From Psammoneis japonica (taxonomy: Eukaryota), in the NCBI GenBank assembly GCA_008632985.1, contig QPGO01000069.1:124001-188000 (forward strand): 64,000 nucleotides of DNA. Reading direction: 5' to 3'. A model generated the notes under the pieces. The model was not told the DNA's origin and ran no database searches. It saw only the letters and a program-made list of their open reading frames with translations. A program made the position numbers and the translations under genes. Positions 51,801-63,202 of the stretch are shown piece after piece. The first letter of the stretch is position 1; each line of letters begins with the position of its first letter.

Positions 51801-53872
51801 GAGTGTTGAGTGTCGTCGCTCTTGTCCCGAAGCATTCCTGTTGATCCAATGTCATCAGCTTGTGCGAGGCGTTCTGCTGCCTCTTTTGCTGGAGAGGGTG
51901 CCTTCTTGGATGGTGAGGCTGGCAGTTTCTTGGGCGACGTGACTTTGGACGTGTTCCTTTTTTCTTTGGCGTTCAGTCCGCCCTTTGCCTTCTTTTGTGC
52001 TTGCCAGTCATCCTCCATGCCCCAGGGGTCATCTTCGACAATCTCTTTGATCTTGTTGCTCTGGGTCGAAGTGGTGGTTCCTGTTTCCGGGTTGCAGATG
52101 GTGTTTTCGTAAACCGAGATGCCAAGTGACATGAACCAGAAGGCTGCATCCGGTCCAAAGTGGTGAAGGACCTCGGGGATGAGATTGTTGATGGTGCTCA
52201 TCGCTTTCTTGAAATTCTTCTTAGGGAAGGCAATGGTGCATTCGTTTTCCCTGTTCCACTTGTGGTCGATGTGATGAAACAATGGAATCATCTTGGGGAC
52301 ATCAGATGTGGGATCTTGAACACGTTTCCTCATAAGAAATGCTCGCAGGGTCGTGGGAGGATTCTTGGATTTCCGGATCATGTCGAGATTGGCAATGAAG
52401 TTGAAGTCTGTTTGGCTCAACACATTGTTGCAGAAGTGGTGTTGGCACTGTGCGAGCTCATCAACAAATTCGCGGATGTCATCTGGAGCATTCCACATGG
52501 TTGGCGAGGAGCAGCAAGGGACACAACGAAGCTGCAGGCCGAGGATGCGTTTGGGTGCTCCAACCCGCCACAACTTCTCAGCGGCCACTTCAACTTGGTG
52601 GGCGTAATTGACGTTGACGACAAGGTGAAGAGCCTCGGGGTTTTTCTTTGGATCTTTCTTGTCAAAGGTGGGGCGGCATCTGGTTGGCAGGGCGATGGCT
52701 CGCCATTAGAGTCCCAAGCAGTCACGCTTGAATTCCAGACCGAGATGCTTCCGAATGGTGCAGTGAAGCGTCTTCTCGTTCATCGTCTTGGTGCTCATGT
52801 AGAGCCATCCAATGCATTCCAATCAGGTGGACTGACACGGAAGGGGGTTGCAGCCAACGTTGAATTGACCTTCTTCGATGTCTTCAAAAGCTCCGAGTGG
52901 CCTTTCTCCGCATTTCCTTTCGGCTGCAGTGTCGCAGTCGATTTCGCCGTCGTTGGGGTCGCGCACCGCAATGAAGCGGATTTGAGCGCATGTTTCATGC
53001 TCTTGATTGGCTTGTGGTGTGAGACAGTTGACGCCAATGAAAGAGCTGATGGTCTCCCTGTCTTGCGCTTTGCCCGCTGGTGCGTCATCGCCGTCTCGCC
53101 AGGTGCCGAAGGCATCCTCGAGTTCCGGATCCCATGTGCCGATCATCACTTTGTCTCCGAGAACGTCTCCAATGATGTCGACAGCTTTGCGGATCACAGT
53201 GGAGATCGTTTTGAGAGGTTTTTTGGAGGGTGGGATGGCAATGAAGGCGTTGTAGCGGACATCCGTGTAATGAAAACCGCTTTGCATGTCTTCGTCCAGA
53301 GCTTCTTCGTCTTCCTCGACATCTTCCATCGATTGATCTTCTTCAGCGGCTTCTGACTTGGTGCCGAAGAGGTTTTTTGTGGTGTCGTCGAGGTTGCCAT
53401 CATCTTCATTGGAATTGTCAACGTGGTTCCGGCTCGTGAGACCAAGGTTGTCCGTTGCGTCAGTCAGTTTTGTCGTTTCTTGCAATTCTGGGTCGGGATG
53501 ATCTGGGAGAAACATGCTCTGATCTTCTTCTTCAGTCGGTTCTTGCATGTGATCTTTCTCATTAATGACTTCTTCATTTGGGGTGATCTTGTTTTCTGCT
53601 TCGGTAAGTCCTTGACTCCTGGTGTTAGGGCGACCGTCGGCGTTTTTCGGAGTCGCGTAAGGTGGCGCCTTCTTGCGTGAGTTTTGTGTGGAATTTGCAC
53701 TGGACAGCGGTGGGCATTGGATGGAACAGTCATCGTCCTTTTTCTTGGGATTGTCGATGAGGTTCGTTGCCGCTGCTTGGCCATCTTGTCCTTTACCCTG
53801 TTTCTTTTTCATGCCTTTCCTTGGTGAAGCGTTGCTCTTCACCGCAGAGTTGGTTCGTTTCTTAGGTGCCAT
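45858..53872 (-). mobile_element. Non-LTR retrotransposon (LINE; Ambal-like architecture): ORF1 plus ORF2 APE-RT-RNaseH-zinc knuckle, frameshifted
   Basis: APE ITFHNV, GLSEVN, GGDFNE, SDHR (50197-51855). RT KLRIIVLFDA, DAKSCCDRIPH, FQGHGAAP, AFVDDTDL (48491-50196). RNase H TDGSYK, RGELGG, GCDC, ITGHKD, LNVEMD (46646-48466). CPRC..DHALRC knuckle. ORF1 pieces at 51485-53872. Confidence 0.92.
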
Positions 53873-54078
53873 GGTGCTATTTTTTTAGCTTGTACAGTAT
53901 GCGCGTTTGTTCGTGTTATTCTTGAATCTTCTCACCAGCAAGTAAAGAGGTGCGCGGGTTACGGATGATCTGAGACGTGTCACAACAACGAGACACCACC
54001 ACCACACCTCCAGTGTCCTTCTTGCCATTGCGACTCACTCCAATCCAAACAAGCCAGCAACAAAAGAGCCACGGAAAA

Positions 54079-55536
54079 ATGTCGTCCGCAGCAAAATCCG
54101 CTCCCATGCTAGGCGTTTTGCAAGCCTTGGTCGAGAATGATTTTCTCGTGCACGTCCGGATTGTTGTGCATGGCCGCACTGCCATGCAAGTCGATGACGA
54201 GGATGACGACGTCTTGACCTTGTTTTTGGCACCAGACACGACCGTGACGGAGCTCAAATTCATGATCCAACAACGTCTGGACATGGACCCGGCGGAACAA
54301 TGTTGGAGCATCGTTGCCGAAAACGGAGCTACGACACCCATCTTTTATGGCTCAATCGTGCACTGTCTTGGTAACACTGACAACCCCAGACAACTTGTCA
54401 TTCATTTGCAAGAACGCCCATTGGACCCACGTCTCGTAGCGCTTTATGAAATTACTGGCTACAACGATGGCATTCATGCGGAAGCAAATAATGATGCTAC
54501 AGCTGAAGCCATGCCCGGTTGGCAAGAACGCGACAAGATTTCTCAACTCATGATGCAGTCACGCCTAGCCCAACAATGTTGGGCTGGCCACGAGCTGACC
54601 GACGTGTCAAAGTACTGGAAACACTTGCAGGAAGAAACCAAAGACGCCTCTGTCACAAATACCAAATGCCCTCCTTGTGTTCAATGTGGCTTCTGCTACA
54701 AGGCCACCTCTTCGTCGTCGGTCAGTTATGGACAAGGCCCCCTGATTCGACAAGTTCCCATGGCTTGTGCGCATGGAGCGCACTGTCGAGAGGAGCAGCC
54801 ACCATCGCAATTTGCCGTGGTACCCTGTTCAACCTTTGTGTTGTGTCAACCGTGTTATCAACGAGATCAAGGACGGCCTTCGGAAATTTTTGGTGTCGGC
54901 CAACAGGGCAATGGCGGAGACCAAAACCCTCCACAAGACTTGCACCAGCCCGTGGCTCAAATTTCCAATCGAATCATGCAAGACTTGTCGCGCTATGCTT
55001 GTGGCTTCGGTGGCCAGGGACACCTGTGTGGATACAGAATGATTCAATTGCCACATACCCATGCCGAGTATAGTTGTCACCGTTTGAAGCAACCCGATCC
55101 GCGTGATGCGCAACAAGGTCGTCGTTCCAATTGCCGCCGCCGTGGCATTCCAGGTTTGCCCACGACGGCCGTTTTTCCGGCCGGCATTTGCCTCACGGTG
55201 CGTTTTGATGATGACGTTCGAGCCGTCTTGCAAGCGGCAGGAAAGTTGCCTCAATTGGAACAGCTCGAAATGACCGACCAAGTCCTTTTGGATGACGACG
55301 GCAAGAATCCACGCCACGTGTATTGCAGAGACATTATGAACTACCGGGACAGTCTCGAACGAGACAAGGACTTGTGGCCCCTTATTGTAACAGAATGGCG
55401 CAATCGCTTTCCCTTTTACAGTACCTATGACGGCGGACCGTGTACGCCCTATGTCACAATTTGCTTTCGTGGCCCTGTCACTATGGAACGAGCCGAAATG
55501 TTGGTTCGTGTGCACATGTCGGATGGAGATTACTAA
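54079..55536 (+). CDS. Hypothetical protein with ubiquitin-like N-terminus and Cys-rich (ZZ-like) zinc-binding region
   Basis: Intact ORF with normal Tyr usage; LTLFLAPDTTVTELKFMIQQRL..D..EQ; CVQC..CAHGAHC..LCQPCY. Confidence 0.7.
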   Translation: MSSAAKSAPMLGVLQALVENDFLVHVRIVVHGRTAMQVDDEDDDVLTLFLAPDTTVTELKFMIQQRLDMDPAEQCWSIVAENGATTPIFYGSIVHCLGNTDNPRQLVIHLQERPLDPRLVALYEITGYNDGIHAEANNDATAEAMPGWQERDKISQLMMQSRLAQQCWAGHELTDVSKYWKHLQEETKDASVTNTKCPPCVQCGFCYKATSSSSVSYGQGPLIRQVPMACAHGAHCREEQPPSQFAVVPCSTFVLCQPCYQRDQGRPSEIFGVGQQGNGGDQNPPQDLHQPVAQISNRIMQDLSRYACGFGGQGHLCGYRMIQLPHTHAEYSCHRLKQPDPRDAQQGRRSNCRRRGIPGLPTTAVFPAGICLTVRFDDDVRAVLQAAGKLPQLEQLEMTDQVLLDDDGKNPRHVYCRDIMNYRDSLERDKDLWPLIVTEWRNRFPFYSTYDGGPCTPYVTICFRGPVTMERAEMLVRVHMSDGDY

Positions 55537-57280
55537 GAAACATAAATATCGTATCCCTGTTACTTAAAATGATTGCCTCGCATGATTTCGTTGGTACTTC
55601 CTCTCTCTCGATTAGAGTCCCTGCTGGAGCTGATCCCAGTCAACATCTACGCATTCCAATCTCCTTGTCAACGACCACCAACTGACACCCAAGACGTCCT
55701 TTTGCTGTAGCGTGAAGCGTGACAGAACTTATGGCGACGAAGCGCACGCAGACGATAATGGAACTCGTATGTAGGAGGCATGTTCAAGAGGCTGCTGCAT
55801 TCAATGTTTGTGCGTGAGAGGGACCATTTTCACACAATCATTGTACTGGAGAGAGACTGCGGCTATTCTAGGATCGCCGATTCACAAACAAAGACAGAAA
55901 TCTCTGCTCGCGGCAATCGTTCAGATTTTCATCCACTTCCGATTCGCCGGTTTGGCAGACACTTCCCCCAAACATTGGTCTCTTTGGGATGTGCCACCCA
56001 ATCTTCAACCCCAGACCCACAAGCCCAGGTGTGGTGGTCATGAAAGGACAGCAGGGTGGCACAAAATGAGCATTTTTGGAAAGCTGTTTGAGCTCATGGC
56101 CAGTGGCATTCACACCAAAGTTGGCTGTCCTCCTGCAACAAGGGAGCAAGATCAAGAGCAGATGGCTCAGGAGATGAGCCAAACAAAGCATTGCAGGCCT
56201 GTCCAGCAGCAACTCAAAAGAAAGGCCTTTGTCAAAAATGTCAAACAACACACTGCAGGTGCTGCTCCAAAGCCAAGGAAAGCTGCAAATGCCCTGGCCC
56301 TTGCCCACAGATTGGGTCTGCACATTGTTGTGAGAGCTCATCTTGAGCAACAATCCTGGCTTTCTTGCACAAAGCCACCAACACCAAGCAAGGCAAAAAG
56401 TGCACACACAATTTTTGATTTAGCTGGCAACCTTTGGGTGCATTCCCAAACTTTTCCTGAAAAGAAAAGCAGCCTCTGGAACATTCCAGTCAAAGCAAGA
56501 GAGGACATTGTTGTCATTTGTGAGCACTTGGTGGGGTTTCCTCATTGCTCTGGAAATGCTGGGCACAAGTTCTTCCAAAGCCACAGGCCACAAACACCAG
56601 GACAGAGCAACAAGGTGGAGGTGTTCCTTGTGATCAGACAACAAGTGCTCCTTGACACCGCAGACAAGCTGAAGGTCTGCCTCACAAGTGCAGATGATGT
56701 GGAGATGGCGGAGCTTGCCATTGCCTGGCTCCTTGAAAACCATGACATTGACAATGTCATGCCAGCAGCCACAGAAGCAACCCCACTTCAACACACAGTT
56801 GACAAGATTGTGGCTCAAGTCTGGCCAAGAGTTTTTGATCACTGGGGGGCAGCAGAGGAGAGGTCATGGCATTGGGGGTGGCTGCGGGCCAAAAACATGC
56901 AGGTTTGTGCAGAGGCTGCCAGTGCGTTGCTGCACAGAAAGGCAACAATGATGCCAATGTCAAAAGTGCAGGTGTGGTCCCTCATTGCCATGTGTTCCTT
57001 GTGCCTGGGCAGCTGAAGCTCAAGAATTGCAGGGTGCTCAAGTGTCCTCCCACATGGCAATGCAGCCATTGTTGTTTTTTGCTCTTCTGCTGTTCTGCCA
57101 ACAGTCTTGCCAATCTGGCCTGCTTTTGTCATGGCTGCAGCCATGTGCCAACTGTGATGCCATTGCTTGAATTTCTTTTCAGCTCAAACTAAAAAGGGAG
57201 GAGAGGTGCCACCCACCACATTGCAAGAGTGATCAAAAACCACAATCCCCAGCCATGACAAAAAAAAGCACAGTTTTGAA

Positions 57281-57668
57281 TGTGGGCGAAGATTGGTCGA
57301 GACAAACTGCTTTTTAAAGAGGTCACATGCCTGGCGGGGCCTTTGTGAAGCGACTCATTTAGTCCACTTCACACAGCAAGCACCCCCAAGGTTGACAGAA
57401 ATTGAAGGCAAATGGCAAGAATTCAAACAAGAACTCCTCACTGCTGTCTAAATGGCAGATGAGTCTCCGCTCAGAGACCGTCACAGGAGCCGAAAGACAT
57501 GCAAGTCGGTGTGATCGGGCTGCTGTTGTCATTCTTGTGAGCCTTGTGGCTCGAAAGCAAACTACATTGCGCGCGAATGCATGGAACTAAAGCACACAAA
57601 ACTGTGCGCAGCAAACTAAACAGTGCGCGACATTTCGCGCGCACCCAAATCCTGTTCAAATCCTGTCA
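57281..57668 (-). repeat. Probable 3' LTR of copia 3 (left boundary uncertain)
   Basis: Minus strand starts TGACAGG directly after the PPT; a TG at 57281 gives TG...CA ends, but the partner LTR is not in the window. Confidence 0.55.
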
Positions 57669-60600
57669 CTCCCCAGTTTGCTTGAGGAGCCACAGAAACA
57701 GATTCGACTTCAGATGGAATGAAGTTCCAGAACATGAGGGGGCGGAGAAGGTCCCAGACTTGGGAGTGACCCCAATGCTTGCTGAGAATGTCAGCAGGGT
57801 TGCGGGAGCCTTCGATGAAGTGGAGCTCAAGGCAACCAGAGGCAATTGCCTCACGCACACGGTGGAACAACAGTGCGGTGTGTCGCTTGTGTAACTTGGA
57901 GTGCGGGATGGTGGCACTGTCTACAACCGACTTGTTGTCACCGAACATGTGACTGATGTCACGGATCGGGACGCCAAGGCAGCGCAGGGTGATGCGCAGG
58001 TCGACAATCTGCTCGACACAAGTCCTTGCGGCAACAAATTCAGACCCGCAGGTTGCAGTCTCCACGGTGGCTTGCTTCTCAGAGAACCAATCAGCCGGGA
58101 ATTTGTTGAGGAAGTGGAGCATTCCCATGACAGAGCGTCCGGTGAGCATGCAATGGTGCAAGTTTGCATCGACGCAGTGGGTGGCAGTGACGAACTTGCC
58201 AAGGGGCGGTGGAGCGTCCTTCGGGATCATCTCTTCTGCTTCGCCGCACACGGAATGCATCCATCCACAGGCCAGAGCAGGGAGATCCGAATGGTCAGGC
58301 TCTTCCGTGCGAACGCGGAGAGCGCCGTGTCGCATCTTGGAGAGGCACCCACAGACGCATTTGGCACGATCCAAGTGGCCTTGACGGGGCGCAGCTCGGA
58401 AGCTAGAGAGTGACATGACGGCCGTGGCAATGTCAATTCGACCAAGGGACACTGCCCATTGGAGTGAACCAACAAGAGACTGGAACTTGTGAATGCCATC
58501 GGGCCCCAGCAGTTCGGAAGTGTCCAGTTCGGGGTGGTCACCCTTCTCCAGAGGTGACAGGGCATTGGCGGCAGGTTTCTCCCCAAACAGTCGGGTGCAG
58601 CTGTCGACCATGCACTCAATGCACTTGCGCGGAGACAGGCACAAGGTGCCATCGGGGTCCCGGGAAAAGTCGCAGCCCAGATGGAACTCAATCGGTCCCG
58701 CACCCTTGAGCTTGAACTTGTGCTTTTCCGTGAGAGTGTCGACGAAAGATTGAGGGTCCTTCATGGCAATGGCGAGGTCATCCACACAAACGGCAATGTG
58801 TTTGCAGTGGTCGCCGTTCCTGCGCATCCAAATGTCGGGTTCGGCACGGCAGGGGAAGAAACCTTCAGCTCGCAGGCAGTTGGCGAAGCACTCGTGCCAG
58901 CGGAGGCCGGAGCTGCGCAGTCCATGCAGGGCCTTGTGGATGACAAGGATGTGGCCTTCGAGTTTGCCAAATTCAGGTCCGGCTGCAATGTAGAGCTTCT
59001 CCTTGGTGGTGGCTTCAAGGCAGGCATTGCCAATGTTGGTGGCCCATGTCTCCAACTCGTTGAGTTCGGCTGGGAAAATCATCAGCCGAAGGCCATGGAG
59101 GGAGACCACTCTGGAGCAGACACTGTCGATGGGTGCGTCCGTGAGGTGCCCATCGGCTGCGAGTCGTGCCTTGTGGCGACCATCGTGTTTCACGTCGTAC
59201 ACTGGTTGCACTCGGATCTTCTTGTGTCCCGCAGGAGGAGTGGAAGACTTGGAGGGCCCGCAGTCATGGAAGACTTCGCATTCCTCGAGTTGGTCCATCT
59301 CGAGATTAGTTGCGTCTCCCCATTTGCGGTTGCCATTGCGTTCGTCTAGTGACATGGCATGTTTGCAGTTCCGGGGAACTTCGCATCCGCACTTGTGGCG
59401 AGGTGCAGTGCAGAAGGAGCGAAGCTTGGCTTGGTTGGCCATGTGGAACAGCTTCTTCTGGTGCCTCGCGATGGTGCGGAACCGCTTCCAGCCATCAGTG
59501 TCGAGAAGTCCGTTCTCTCGTGCATGGATGGCGCAGGTGACAGGGTCGTCCTTGGCGATGATGGCAAGAGGCTCGGACATGATCTCCCCACTTTCCCATT
59601 CAAGCACAATGTTGTAGCTTGAGCCTTTCCAGGTTGGGTCATGAGGCTTCAGAGGTCCTTCGTGTGACACAATGCGTCGAAATTTCCAAACAGCAGTGTC
59701 TTCGTCTTCTTGCTCAATGTGATTCATGATGTCGTTGCAGGCCAGGACTTCCTCTTGTTCGTCGTTGTTGACAGAGCAGACAAACTTGGTGAGCTCGGGA
59801 TTGCCGTTCACTTTCCATTCGTGGTCTTCGACGGCCTTGACGATGCGAGCTCTGTGGCGTTGTCCGTCCTCTTGTGGCTGCATGAGGAAGGTGCATCCGA
59901 TGATGTCTTGCGGATCGAAAACTGGCATCTTGGGTGTCCTGATCTCCCCATCAGGTGAATCGACGGGGTTGTCGTCATGGCGAGATTTGATGATGGGTTC
60001 AGGTGGCTCCCCCCATCAGGAGGATCAAGACACAGGTTTCGAATGGCATGATCGGTGGCAGCGGATCGTACGTTAGACCGGCAGAGGATCTTCTGAGTCT
60101 CGTCAGAGAGAATCTTGAAGGTCATCTGGTGGCCGACATGCTCAGCAATGCCAACAAAGCGTCCACGCAACTCACGGGATTCGGACGGCCAATCGGAGTC
60201 ATCGAGGTGGAAGCACATGGGTTCCCACCAGTGAAAGCGAAGCAATGGGCTGATGTCCGGGGTGGAGCCAGTGAGAGTCTCGAGGGGCGTGCGCCAGTGG
60301 AGACGTGGGGACGCTGCATGGTTGAGTGTGAAGCACACGCACATGAGCGCCAGCAGCCATGTGTGGGCAGGCGAACCGAAATGATCCATGACAGTGTTCG
60401 CCATGCGCTTCACAGTCTGGCATCGACGTTTGGCAAAGTTTTGGTGTTGCTGGTGAGGCTCACTTTGCCAGCTGGAGATGAAGAGGGCTCGTAGGATCCC
60501 GAGCACCTTGTTGCTGATCTCAACTTGAGCACGGTCGCCAATGAGTTTGGATGGAGCACCACGCTCACGGATCTGATCCTTGAGTTTGTTGACAAACTCT

Positions 60601-62814
60601 TTGTCCGTTTTGGTGCCGCAGACGTCAGTGACGGTAGACTTGGTGCCAACAAACAGTTGGGCGCTGGTGCAACCAGAGTCGATGGCCGGGGTGTTGGCAC
60701 AAACGGCGTCAGTGGCGACAGGCTCGTTGCGGCGGTGCACATTAAGGGCGGGGTTGGGCGATTTGCAGGCCTTCCTGAGGTGTGTGCCGGCGGGCATGCG
60801 GGCGCACTGCGTGGTGCAGTCGAAAGTACGACGAACCGCATTGGCAGGTTGGAAGCCAAAGCAAGGCCGAAGAGACTCGAAGGGGGGGTCCTTGGGCTGC
60901 ACAGTGCGCTCCAGGGGCGGAACGTCATCATCCTTGGGGTCAATCGCGTGCAGATGACACTCGCAGAACACGTCGTCATTCGGAATGAGATGGTCATCGA
61001 GGGCGGACGCGTGATCAGCAGACAAGGAGGCGGACATGATGGTCTTGTTGACAACGACACGATGACGGCAGTTGCCACATTCGTCAAATGGGTTGGCAGT
61101 GGGATCATCCTGTGGGTCAGAGATCGCGTCGCACCACTGATCGTTGTCAGTGACAGAGTGATCGAGGACGGAAGGATCCCATGTGTCATCACCGGTGAGG
61201 ATGACATGGGGCAGGGTGTCCCATTCGGCGTCAGTGCAAGGTCGCATGGCAACACAGGGCAGGCCGCCCTTGATGTCAATTGGGATGACACAGCCATCAG
61301 GGGTGGCAACGCGTTGCAAGCCGTTGGGCACCTTGACAGAGCGATCGTTGACATCCTGTTTGCACCATCCGAGCTGGCTGCAGGAATGAATGGTCTTGCC
61401 CTTGCCCGTGCATGCGTGCTGATGGAGGATGGCGATGACGGGACCACGCTGGGTCTCAATGACGGCACCAGCGGTGACAACAGGGATGTCCACCAATTGA
61501 TGGTCGTCAATGCCCTGAACGTCGACTTGGCGAGAGGTTGCGTGCAATGACGCAAACGTCGTCGCCAGCAATGCCGCCGTTGGCCCCACGATCGACCAGA
61601 GCACCAGTGCGTGTGGAGGGATGAGCAGAGGCAGAGCAAATGACATTGTGGTTGTCAACGCGGCGGCAAGTGCGGCCATCAAGTTCTGTGTCATCGGCAG
61701 GAGCTGGCGGAGTAGAGGGAGCGGCGGATGGCCCCGGTCGACTGGCGTTGGGGGCTTGGTCAGGAGACAACAGACATTGCAGATCACCGGGTGGCAGTGG
61801 CTTGCGCTTGGTGAGGTGCGCCAGGATGGGATTGTCCGAAGTGGCACCCACATTTGGAGCGGGGTCACCAGAGTCAGCAGGAGTCGTGTTGGACAAGTTG
61901 ACATCACCGTCACTCCCAAGGCGTTGGTCGTGAAGGTTGGCCGTAACGGACTCATGGCAGTTGCTGGCTCGCGGGTTGCGGGGAGGTGGACGAGAATGCT
62001 CAAGGATGATTGCCTTGGAGGAATGGGGCAACGAATCCCAAATCTGTTGGTGGTCGGGAGGGAGACGTTTCCATTGGTCACCGGTGAGGCTGGGACCGCG
62101 GGTGCAGGCAGCATTGGCCTGAAGGATGTCAACATCGCTGTCGATGTCATGGAACACATCATTGGACGGTTCCTCAGAGTGGACATCGTGTGCGTGTGTG
62201 GCACGTCGGGGAGCTCGAGGTGTCGTCTTGGGTTGAAATGCACTGTCGCATTGAGCCGCCGCGGAGAGGAGCAAGCCACAACGTTGATCACATGTGAGGC
62301 TCTTGCCACTCTGCGTGCGATGCTGATCAGCTTGGTTCTTGACAGCACGGAGTTCCTTGACAGGATGTGCGGCATTCTCGAGCATGACGCGCTTCTGTCC
62401 TTCAGAGAAGTGGTCACTGGCCGGGATGAGTGCCTCATGCTTGCGCAACTGATCTTGCCAATGAAGGATGAACCCGTGGGTCGGACCTTTCCAAGCACCA
62501 TCACCAAGACGTGCGGTGGCAAGGTGCATGAGCAAGGTGGAGGACTCGATGGATGCACGGGTGGAGGCGAGCGCATGCTCGGACAAGGCGCGGTGGACGG
62601 TCTGGGTGTCAGAAGACCCCACATTTTTGCAAATGAGAGCCTTGCCCTTGTCGGTGAGAAGGATGCGTTCGAAGATGGCGAACATGCACTTTTGCTGTTC
62701 AGCAAAGAGCAGTTTGTCTTCGGGGCTGGTCGGTTTGTACGACGAGTCGAGAGTGCACTCGACGTCTTGGGCACGGGCTTGTGCCACAAGTGAGGTGTGC
62801 CAAGTGTGCCACTG

Positions 62815-63202
62815 ACGGGCTCCAGTCCCAGGTGGGACTCCGTGTGACATTTGGCCCGCAGAATTCTGCGTGCGAGCTCCGTAGTGCGAGAATTCTGTTG
62901 ATGGATGTGTTCATCTTCAACATCAAATAAACGGCCAAGTTTGTGGTGCAATTGTGCCTCTTGCCACTCGACTTTTTTGCAAATGCACCTGCCCCACACG
63001 ATTCTTAAGACATTGTAGAATCGCGCTGTAACAAAAAATGTCAAAAGTTGTTGGACGGATCGCTCAATGAGTGCACCGTAAAATGACAAAAAATGTCGAA
63101 AAAATCATGTAGAAATCTACGTGCGCGACATACGACGTGATCCAAAAAACTGTCGATGTCACAGTTCAGCAGTGCGAGGTCCCACCCAGACCTAGAATGC
63201 GT
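62815..63202. mobile_element. 388-bp non-autonomous element (MITE-like) inserted in copia 3 gag
   Basis: 6-bp TSD CCACTG (62809-62814 and 63203-63208); imperfect ~26-bp TIRs (ACG...GGTGGGAC); removing it restores gag KSDKQW-HTWHTSLVAQARAQ. Confidence 0.85.

Noticed and set aside
55808..57016. 402-aa ORF as a host gene
   Set aside because: It lies in a TA-free block, has no Tyr past the N-terminus and no recognisable domain; probably decayed repeat DNA.
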